From the NCBI GenBank assembly GCA_964430595.1, contig CAYSGM010000001.1, forward strand, positions 12,689 through 76,688: a stretch of 64,000 nt of DNA, in the 5' to 3' direction. The notes under the pieces are model-generated. The model saw only the letters and a program-made list of their open reading frames with translations, did not search any database and was not told the origin of the DNA. Shown here one piece after another: positions 10,034 through 17,699 of this stretch; position 1 is the first letter of the stretch, and each line of letters begins with the position of its first letter. The translations under genes and the position numbers were made by a program. Source of the stretch: an uncultured Candidatus Cloacimonas sp. Lineage in GTDB: Bacteria > Cloacimonadota > Cloacimonadia > Cloacimonadales > Cloacimonadaceae.

Positions 10034-10573
10034 TTACCAGTTCCCGTTTGTGCCTGAGGCAGCTTGGGGATCATCAACAGGTTTTGATGGGCGAGGGGCA
10101 AGCTCGGTTGTAGATGTAATGCCGTTATAACTATAGCGGATGCTGTTATCATCAATATTCAGTATCTTACGTCCCTCTATCACCTGACCAATACGTGCTT
10201 CGTGAAGCGTACCACGGTATTCAATGAAGGCAATCTTGTTGCCGTAATCATCTCGGGCTGTGGTGGCAAGCCGGAAAGTGTTAAGCAGCATCTCTCGAAA
10301 TTCCATTTCGCGATCTGCTTTGTCTTTGATTATATTACCCTGACGTAAGGGATCACGGTTCGAACCAAACACAAACATCTTGCGATCCTGGATCGAATTC
10401 TCTATGGTCTTGATCTTATTAAGCAGTGTGTCCGATACTGACTCTTTTGTATAGATGGAATTTACAGGAATTTTTACCCAACCGCGCTCAATAGCAAACA
10501 ATCTCATGGCTAATGCGAAGAGAAGGATTACGATAAGGGCAATTGCAAGGTCTTTTACAAATCTCAGTTGCAT
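10034..10573 (-). CDS. PilP-like alignment protein
   Basis: N-terminal TM, RDPL motif, position between pilO and pilQ. Confidence 0.6.
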   Translation of the reverse strand: MQLRFVKDLAIALIVILLFALAMRLFAIERGWVKIPVNSIYTKESVSDTLLNKIKTIENSIQDRKMFVFGSNRDPLRQGNIIKDKADREMEFREMLLNTFRLATTARDDYGNKIAFIEYRGTLHEARIGQVIEGRKILNIDDNSIRYSYNGITSTTELAPRPSKPVDDPQAASGTNGNW

Positions 10574-10574
10574 A

Positions 10575-11126
10575 TTACACCACCTTTTTAACCTTGAAAA
10601 TTGATAGCTCAAGGGTCACCCGATAGCGATTTGCAGCACCGGCAGCAGGTGTTTGTTTATCAGAGATCTGAGCAGGGCTAACATCCAGAGCATGTATTTT
10701 AAGGATGTGATCCAAAGCTTCCAAATCAGAGATAAACTGCCCGATCTGTACATAACTTGCTTCCAATTCCAGATTGTAAGTAGTTTCAATCAACCCAGGG
10801 AGGGAGAACTTGTTACTATCGGAAAGCTTGTTTATCTGAATCGAACGTTGATCAGCTAACTGACCAATCATTGTTTTGAAATCGTTGATTTCATCAAAAG
10901 TAAAGCTGGGGGTTTTGGTTAAGCTATTGTCAATTATAAGAGCAAACTGGCTTAACTGCTGGTCCATAATACGGGCACTATTCAGCTGTTCCTGGGCAGT
11001 TTTAATCTTTGAGTCCAATTGCTCTATCTTATCGATGTTGTGCTTAACGTTGCTTGATGTTAACATGAAGAAGACAACAGACAGCACTATCATCATAAGC
11101 ACGAAGATTATATATTTCTCTCTCAT
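10575..11126 (-). CDS. pilO: PilO-like protein
   Basis: TM + coiled coil + Y.QIGQFISDLE ferredoxin-like motif; synteny. Confidence 0.75.
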   Translation of the reverse strand: MREKYIIFVLMMIVLSVVFFMLTSSNVKHNIDKIEQLDSKIKTAQEQLNSARIMDQQLSQFALIIDNSLTKTPSFTFDEINDFKTMIGQLADQRSIQINKLSDSNKFSLPGLIETTYNLELEASYVQIGQFISDLEALDHILKIHALDVSPAQISDKQTPAAGAANRYRVTLELSIFKVKKVV

Positions 11127-11722
11127 TGTTGCGGTCTCCTTCCTGTTGTGGCTTCCCTGCTATAGCACTCTATAACAAACTCCAGAATAGCAGTATCCTT
11201 AACGATCTGGCGAGTAATCTGACCTGACTTAATTTGTGGAAAGTCATTATTAATCTCCGGGTTGCTCTTTAGTCTGTTAATAAAGGACTGAATCAGATCC
11301 AGTTCTTTCACATTAACGTCCACTTCTGTAATACCGTTCAGGGTTAGAATACCATTAGCATAGAAAAACTTACGGACAGCAAGCTTATCATCAATTTCCT
11401 GACCCAAAGCAATCATCTTTTTCGCCCAAAAGATGCGGTTTGTAAATGTCTCCGCCAAGCGGTCAAGATCTTCGCTGGAGAGATAATCCGCACTCGTCTG
11501 AAAGCTTTCAAGCTGCTTCATGGTTTCAGCCAGGTAATCCTTACGGCTGTTTACTCTGGCTTCACCTTTTGCATTGATGTAGAACCAAGCTCCAATCAAA
11601 AGAGCAAAGCCTAAAATGAAGCAAACAACTGCAGTTGTAAAGGTTTTCTTCTCGCGTTCTGCTTGAAGCCGCATCTCGCCAAATTTATTCAGGTTTATTT
11701 TGAAGTAAAAAGCGTTTGTCAT
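11123..11722 (-). CDS. pilN: PilN-like protein
   Basis: N-terminal INL motif (PilM-binding), TM, coiled coil; follows pilM. Confidence 0.75.
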   Translation of the reverse strand: MTNAFYFKINLNKFGEMRLQAEREKKTFTTAVVCFILGFALLIGAWFYINAKGEARVNSRKDYLAETMKQLESFQTSADYLSSEDLDRLAETFTNRIFWAKKMIALGQEIDDKLAVRKFFYANGILTLNGITEVDVNVKELDLIQSFINRLKSNPEINNDFPQIKSGQITRQIVKDTAILEFVIECYSREATTGRRPQQ

Positions 11723-11732
11723 TAGCCCTCCC

Positions 11733-12800
11733 TTATTCCATTCTCATTGCAAGGCCAATAGCCAAGGCAAGTTGTGGGTCTTTTTTATCTTGGAACTTCT
11801 CAGGCATTTCCACATTTATGAAGGGCATGAATATCTCAGTAGGGATGGCAACTTTTTCCTGAATGTATTCCTGCAAACCTCTCAGTTTAGCAGTCCCACC
11901 CATTAGATATAGTTTGCGAAAATCGCTGTTCCCTGCTTCTTTCACATAGAAACGTAAGGAGCGTCGGACTTCATCCACAATGGAATCTTCTGTAGATTTC
12001 TCAGAGATATCAAGCATAGAAATCGTCTGCACATTAGCCACATCAGGATTGTCAAGCAGACCGTATTCCAGTTTGTGCTTTTCTGCATCTTCCCATTCTA
12101 GTTGGCGTCTGCGCATGATATCCCTGGTAAAATTATAACCACCGTAGGGTATATCGCGGGCAAACAACTTGGAATCAGGACCCCAGATAACCATATTGCT
12201 ACGATGTGCACCAAGATTAAGCAGCACATACACTCCCTCTTCTGCAAAGGCATTTAGGGCAAAGCTGTTGGCTACTGCCAGGGAATCGATGTCCACTATG
12301 TTGGGATTAATCCCGGCACTAACCAAAATGTTTGAGTGCTCGTTCAAAACATCTTTAGAGGTTGCTGCCAATAGGATATTCATGTTATTCGTTTTTTCTT
12401 CGACGCTTAACACTTGATAATCCAGCACCATATCGGTACCACTAATCGGAATGTGTTTTTTAGCTTCAAAGAATAGGGCGGATTCCAGTTCATCCTCAGG
12501 CAGGAATATGGTTTTAATCTGCTTGATACTGGTGTTGTCTCCACCGATGGAAGTAACCAAATGTTTAATACTCTTGGGGTTTATCCTTAGAGTTTTAAGC
12601 ATTTCGATAATCACTGGGGCATATCGCTCTGGACGAAGATCGCTGGGTATATACTCAATGCCAGTAGGCACGGTAGGGCGAATCTCATAATTCAGCAGCT
12701 TAAAGCCTTCGTGCAGCTTCTTAAGATGAACGATTTTCACACTGTGACTACCAATATCAATACCCACAGTTTCTTTGAATCGAACGGTTTTCTTCTTCAT
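11733..12800 (-). CDS. pilM: Type IV pilus assembly protein PilM
   Basis: GIDIGSHSVK actin-like motif, YLMGGTAKL, ALAIGLAMR. Confidence 0.92.
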   Translation of the reverse strand: MKKKTVRFKETVGIDIGSHSVKIVHLKKLHEGFKLLNYEIRPTVPTGIEYIPSDLRPERYAPVIIEMLKTLRINPKSIKHLVTSIGGDNTSIKQIKTIFLPEDELESALFFEAKKHIPISGTDMVLDYQVLSVEEKTNNMNILLAATSKDVLNEHSNILVSAGINPNIVDIDSLAVANSFALNAFAEEGVYVLLNLGAHRSNMVIWGPDSKLFARDIPYGGYNFTRDIMRRRQLEWEDAEKHKLEYGLLDNPDVANVQTISMLDISEKSTEDSIVDEVRRSLRFYVKEAGNSDFRKLYLMGGTAKLRGLQEYIQEKVAIPTEIFMPFINVEMPEKFQDKKDPQLALAIGLAMRME

Positions 12801-12833
12801 TCTTCCTCTTTATATCTCTTGTATTATCAATAC

Positions 12834-14792
12834 TTACACTAATGAACGCGGGGGTCTCTTTAACAACCAGTTCCCTTGTTCCATCGGCAATTTCTGTCCC
12901 TGTTTCTTAAATTCAGGCCAATCCGGTGGTTTGGTTTTATACATTCTTCTATCGTAGTTATAGTTCTTTTTGTAGCCGGTTCCCGGAGCAGCTGGACCGG
13001 AAGCACCCGGGAAATTCCTTGTTGTCAAAGTCACAGCAACATTTGGGTTGGCATACAGCTGAATATTTACTGGGTTCGGTTGGCTAGAACCTCCACAATA
13101 GTCTTTTGGTATATTCCACACACCATTCGAAGGCCATTCATTATCATAATAACTGCGATGCACAAATCCGCGTCTGCGTTGATTTACTCCGCCCCAAATG
13201 TTAATCGTCCCACGCTCCAGGTATGGAGCTTTCTCGGGCCATAGGGGGTTATACCATGGGTAGTCAAGTAGGGCAGGCCAAGGATTACCTCCGGATTGCG
13301 GGTAGCGTTGGCGATGCAAATCAATCCAATTAAACAGTGTAGGTATTGGTGGTTCACCCGGAACCGGACTAGGTATGTTAATCCATGTAGCAGGAATAGA
13401 GCCGTGGGGATGTTGATATTCAAAAGTAAAGACACCGTCCCCCTGCATAGCGTTTTGACCTGTACCCTTCCCCAAAGCAAGCAAAGCTGCATAAATCCAA
13501 ATGCCACCACCATTAGGAGGTAGATAATCTGCATCCGAGCCGCAATTTGGATGATAACGCAGAGAATCCTCGGGATTACGAAATCCATACTTGATGACAA
13601 TGGACTTTTCTGAGATAAGCCCCACCATCGATTGACGGTTACCAGGATAAGGATCGGCGGGGGGGGGGGTACCACTAATGAGAATATCTCCAATAAGTGA
13701 CAAGGTGTCTGAAGCACCCCAAGTTTGAAAACCGTGAAAATCTCCCCGAATCCATAATTTGTTATTTACAAAGTTAGAACGTCCGGATGAAGTTCCTCCG
13801 CCCAATCTTTGCCAGACAGTATCGGTAACAGTGAAATTGTTCCGAAATGCAGGAGTAACATTAGGATACCCAACAGGGTAGGTAGGCCAGGCATCGGCAA
13901 AAACACGGCGAGGTATGCTAACCTTGCCCATCATAGCTGTATAGCCCGTGCCTGCTACGGTCACCATGATGATATTATCGGGATCATAAAAGGGAGGCCC
14001 TACTGTTCTACCATTGTGACGTACACCTGTCATTTCCGTGGGAAACTCATATAGAGAGGAGTTCTCAATCAAACCACCCCGGAATACTTGATCTTCCGGA
14101 TACTGTGGTGGAGTAGAAATAATCACCCCGGAAGTGGTAACCTGATCGAGGAACGTAGGCCAGCCATTGTTCGATCCGCCACCGGCTTGCTTAATAGTGA
14201 TATCCGAGTTGCTGTGAAGCGGACCGTTAATAACGTCTAGTCCATAGAAATAGACATTGTTCCCATTAGTGGACTGGTCAATATCCGAAAAATACATAAA
14301 TATTGGACCCGTAGCCTGGAAAATTTGAAGCTCACTATACTTGCGAACAATGGATTTGTTGCTGGAGAAATAAGCAGCTTGACCTACACCAGTTTTCGTT
14401 TCGATAAGCGACCGAATCAAATACTCATTCTCTGTAACACCAGAACCACCAATTACCGTTCCTTCTGCTTCGGAGGCTTTGCGATAAATCTGAGATTGCA
14501 TAGTATATGTTTTGGCAAAATGGCTACCGGTTATTGGTACATTACGTACCGGAGTTCTTAATCCTCCACCTAAAGAAGGATCAGTTTTTGCAGCTACTTC
14601 CAGAAATGATTGTCCCCGTAAAGATTCTGCTCTAAGCAAGTGTAAGCTCTGGATACTTTCCAACTCCATCTGCTCGGCAATGGTATCGCGCAAGCTCATA
14701 CTGGAGATGCTAAGTCCGCTCATCACAGCAATCACCGCGATGAGCATAGCCAGAGCAATGTTACCACTTTGGTTTTTAACTATTTTAATCAT
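12834..14792 (-). CDS. Large PilX/GspK/ComZ-like minor (tip) pilin, 652 aa
   Basis: Class III signal NQSG|NIALAMLIAV lacking Glu5; follows two minor pilins; GPLHSNSDITI solenoid-like motif. Confidence 0.7.
   Translation of the reverse strand: MIKIVKNQSGNIALAMLIAVIAVMSGLSISSMSLRDTIAEQMELESIQSLHLLRAESLRGQSFLEVAAKTDPSLGGGLRTPVRNVPITGSHFAKTYTMQSQIYRKASEAEGTVIGGSGVTENEYLIRSLIETKTGVGQAAYFSSNKSIVRKYSELQIFQATGPIFMYFSDIDQSTNGNNVYFYGLDVINGPLHSNSDITIKQAGGGSNNGWPTFLDQVTTSGVIISTPPQYPEDQVFRGGLIENSSLYEFPTEMTGVRHNGRTVGPPFYDPDNIIMVTVAGTGYTAMMGKVSIPRRVFADAWPTYPVGYPNVTPAFRNNFTVTDTVWQRLGGGTSSGRSNFVNNKLWIRGDFHGFQTWGASDTLSLIGDILISGTPPPADPYPGNRQSMVGLISEKSIVIKYGFRNPEDSLRYHPNCGSDADYLPPNGGGIWIYAALLALGKGTGQNAMQGDGVFTFEYQHPHGSIPATWINIPSPVPGEPPIPTLFNWIDLHRQRYPQSGGNPWPALLDYPWYNPLWPEKAPYLERGTINIWGGVNQRRRGFVHRSYYDNEWPSNGVWNIPKDYCGGSSQPNPVNIQLYANPNVAVTLTTRNFPGASGPAAPGTGYKKNYNYDRRMYKTKPPDWPEFKKQGQKLPMEQGNWLLKRPPRSLV
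13659..13669 (-). repeat. C11 homopolymer in the PilX-like gene (coding strand)
   Basis: G11 on + strand; encodes T-P-P-P. Confidence 0.85.
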
Positions 14793-15463
14793 GGAGCCCC
14801 CGTTGGTCTCGACATGTTTTTCATCGCCATTACCGTATTGAAATTCACATAGCGGAATTTGTTCTTTGCCGTTTGTACTTTGGCTTTCAGCTCAACGTAA
14901 ACAACACACAAAGGCTCGCCAATCTTATTTACAAACAAGGCATTATAGGCATTCGCATCGCTAACTTTAAAGCTTTCTATCGTAACTCTGCTCATTTCAC
15001 CACGTTTGGGGAACAAATACTGGGGTGAATTCACCTGAACCCCATTATACATGTAATTAACTCGTATTGCCCCTTCATGAAGGTAGAAATGAATAAAATC
15101 ATTGGGGAACTCTTCCATAAACGGAGGAGTTATCTTCAGTCCGTTTCCTTTTCCTGCTTCGTTAGTTCTCCCAGTTATCGCAAGAGCTTTTGCGCTTGCA
15201 ACACCATTAAACTGGATATAACTTCCTGATCCGACAGTATAGCCGTTCTTAAGGTAGTTCAAGAACTCCAATGCGTCTTTCTGCAGTTCCACATAAGCAT
15301 TAATCTCTTGGTACTTGGAAAAGAACACACTTAATCCAACTCCGGCAATAACTATCAGTAATGAGGAAATAATCCCAACACTAATCAGCTCTATAAGCGT
15401 GAATCCCTTTTGGCTTTTAAGTCTTGTAATTGGGGATTTCAGATGTTTACGATAGTTGATCAT
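14789..15463 (-). CDS. Minor pilin (PilW-like)
   Basis: QKG|FTLIELI N-methylation motif. Confidence 0.8.
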   Translation of the reverse strand: MINYRKHLKSPITRLKSQKGFTLIELISVGIISSLLIVIAGVGLSVFFSKYQEINAYVELQKDALEFLNYLKNGYTVGSGSYIQFNGVASAKALAITGRTNEAGKGNGLKITPPFMEEFPNDFIHFYLHEGAIRVNYMYNGVQVNSPQYLFPKRGEMSRVTIESFKVSDANAYNALFVNKIGEPLCVVYVELKAKVQTAKNKFRYVNFNTVMAMKNMSRPTGAP

Positions 15464-16014
15464 GGATTCACCTTACCTTCAACATCGTAAAAGTCTTCTC
15501 TTAACCGTACCTTGTGGGTGGTTTTAGATGCAGGATCAATCCAACTCACTTCAGCCGTGACGTACGATAAGGTATATTGTTTTGTGATGTGGAATTCCAC
15601 ATCTCTTTTTGTACTGACTGTTACAGCTCCCCGAACAATATCCTCGGAGGTGTCGTCGATCACTACCTGTCTACCTGTGAAGGGACGCATCAGATGTAAC
15701 TTCATATACATCGTATATTGCTTATCAATTTCACCGGAAGCTATCAGGGTGGCAACTCGGTGTCTGTAGTTCATGCGTGTTTGCTTTTCCGCATACATAA
15801 CCCCCGTATATATGGTTGCTATCATTGCTGCCAACACTACTGTTACTACCATTGCCTCAATCAGGGTAAATCCTCGCTGGCTTCTAAGCAAGCCAGTTAA
15901 ATGGCTTGCTTTACGCTCTTGAAAAGCATCGGCAAGAATGCCAGAACACTTGTTTGCACTATCAATAGCCAAACTTCGAGGGCAAGCAATCTGCTTCAAG
16001 CTCTTAACCTTCAT
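15460..16014 (-). CDS. Minor pilin (PilV-like)
   Basis: QRG|FTLIEAM motif; C-terminal VSW.D. Confidence 0.78.
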   Translation of the reverse strand: MKVKSLKQIACPRSLAIDSANKCSGILADAFQERKASHLTGLLRSQRGFTLIEAMVVTVVLAAMIATIYTGVMYAEKQTRMNYRHRVATLIASGEIDKQYTMYMKLHLMRPFTGRQVVIDDTSEDIVRGAVTVSTKRDVEFHITKQYTLSYVTAEVSWIDPASKTTHKVRLREDFYDVEGKVNP

Positions 16015-16016
16015 TA

Positions 16017-17072
16017 TTAGAAACCGGCTCCTGTGGCAAACTGCTTGGGATTCTCTGCGAATTCCTCGGCAATAGTGCGTTCGATTAGGTTGTTCATCAC
16101 CAAGTTATACAGAGATTGATCCCTGGTTTGCATACCTTCTTTAGTACTTGCTTGAATAACCGAAGGAATCTGATATGTTTTTTCTTCACGAATCAGGTTT
16201 CTCACGGCTGCGTTGGCTATCATTATCTCCACAGAAGGAACCCTGCCCTTACCATCTTTGGTAGGCAATAAGGTCTGTGCTATCACTGCTTCAAGAGATT
16301 CCGAAAGCATAGAACGTACCTGCTGTTGTTGTTCTTTGGGGAACATGTCTATGATACGGTCTATGGATTTCGTACAGCTACCAGTATGCAGAGTAGCAAA
16401 AACAAGGTGTCCTGTTTCGGCAGCTGTCAACGCAAGTGACACTGTCTCCAAATCACGCATTTCACCCACCAGAATCACGTCCGGATCTTCACGCAGGGCA
16501 CTGCGCAAAGCAGCAGTAAAACTCCATGTATCGTGTCCCAACTCGCGTTGGTTGATAAGGCTGTTTTTACTGCGATGCACGAATTCGATGGGATCTTCCA
16601 CGGTTATTATGTGGCAATTGCGATTTTCGTTTACAGAGTCAATCATTGTAGCCAGCGTTGTTGATTTGCCACTACCGGTGGGACCCGTAACCAAAATCAA
16701 ACCCTTTTCCTTCATTGTCAACCGTTTCAATATATCCGGTAAATGAAGTTCGTCGTAAGACTTGATTTCGTTTGGGATCACACGGAAGGCACATGATATA
16801 CCATTTATCTGGTGAAATGCGTTCACACGAAAACGGACATCATTGCTTAGCTTCGTGGAAAAGTCTATTTCCAGATTCTTTTTGAACAGCTCTTGCTGTG
16901 ATTCGTTCATCACACCAAAAACCAGGACTTCGACATCTTCCACGGTTTGGATTGGAAGGTTTAGTTTCTTCATGCGCCCATTGACTCGCACCATAGGGTG
17001 CGAGCCGGCAGCAATATGAAGGTCAGATGCTCCCGCCTCAGCGGTAAAGCGTAATAGTTCATGGATTGTCAA
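16017..17072 (-). CDS. pilT: Retraction ATPase PilT
   Basis: ASDLHI, GPTGSGKST, ALREDPD, AVRNLIRE (AIRNLIRE-type), GMQT; likely TTG start 17072 after AGGAGG. Confidence 0.93.
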   Translation of the reverse strand: MTIHELLRFTAEAGASDLHIAAGSHPMVRVNGRMKKLNLPIQTVEDVEVLVFGVMNESQQELFKKNLEIDFSTKLSNDVRFRVNAFHQINGISCAFRVIPNEIKSYDELHLPDILKRLTMKEKGLILVTGPTGSGKSTTLATMIDSVNENRNCHIITVEDPIEFVHRSKNSLINQRELGHDTWSFTAALRSALREDPDVILVGEMRDLETVSLALTAAETGHLVFATLHTGSCTKSIDRIIDMFPKEQQQQVRSMLSESLEAVIAQTLLPTKDGKGRVPSVEIMIANAAVRNLIREEKTYQIPSVIQASTKEGMQTRDQSLYNLVMNNLIERTIAEEFAENPKQFATGAGF

Positions 17073-17089
17073 TTTACCATCCTCCTGGG

Positions 17090-17527
17090 TTAGTCGCTCT
17101 CTGTTCCTCCGGATTCCGGGTTTGTCCATGTGTCAATTCCGTAGCCATGAAATTTGGCTTCTGTAACGTCGTACCAAACCTGCTTGCCTTCACCGCCAGC
17201 AAATTCCTGAGTTGAGGTGGCAATATATTTCTTGGGGGGATTGCCAACTACTTCGAACTTCCAGTTTTTGTTGGTGCTTTCACCTAAGCGAGCTTCTTTC
17301 TGAGCTTGTTCAAGGCTGAAACCATCGGTGGAACCATTGGTCTGCATGTAAACGTCGAAAGTTTTGCGAATGGTGTTGATTGCAGTTTGTGCTTCTGTGC
17401 TACGTGATTTTTCCACATAACGCAGATAGCGGGGCACTGCCAGAGCAGCAAGAATTGCCACGATGATAACCACCACCAAGACTTCGATAAGGGTGAAACC
17501 CTTCTGGTTTTTCAGTTTCCTGAGCAT
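17090..17527 (-). CDS. pilA: Major type IVa pilin (145 aa)
   Basis: MLRKLKNQKG|FTLIEVLVVVIIVAILAALAVPRY; AGGAGG RBS; first gene of the operon. Confidence 0.88.
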   Translation of the reverse strand: MLRKLKNQKGFTLIEVLVVVIIVAILAALAVPRYLRYVEKSRSTEAQTAINTIRKTFDVYMQTNGSTDGFSLEQAQKEARLGESTNKNWKFEVVGNPPKKYIATSTQEFAGGEGKQVWYDVTEAKFHGYGIDTWTNPESGGTESD

Positions 17528-17570
17528 TTGTATCCTCCTAAAGGATCTTTTTTTCGTTACTCTCTGTGTA

Positions 17571-17586
17571 TGCACGATACGTGCCA
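17571..17586 (-). promoter_or_regulatory. Sigma54 (-24/-12) promoter of pilA
   Basis: TGGCACG-TATC-GTGCA, correct GG-N10-GC spacing, 44 nt upstream of ATG. Confidence 0.7.
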
Positions 17587-17699
17587 AACTATGATGAAAT
17601 CTTAACTCTTCTTTGCGTTTGTACAAAAGTCTTGACGTCTTAACCTTCATCATAATTTTGGGTTCTTGTTCATAATAAGCTAATGTAAGGAGCATAGAC

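Noticed and set aside
643..14252. Diversity-generating retroelement TR/VR pair or invertible shufflon as explanation of the duplicated domain
   Set aside because: Differences are spread over synonymous sites rather than adenine-specific, and there is no reverse transcriptase, recombinase or identical crossover repeats in the window.
17073..17129. ATG start of pilT inside pilA
   Set aside because: TTG 17072 has a perfect AGGAGG and matches typical PilT length.
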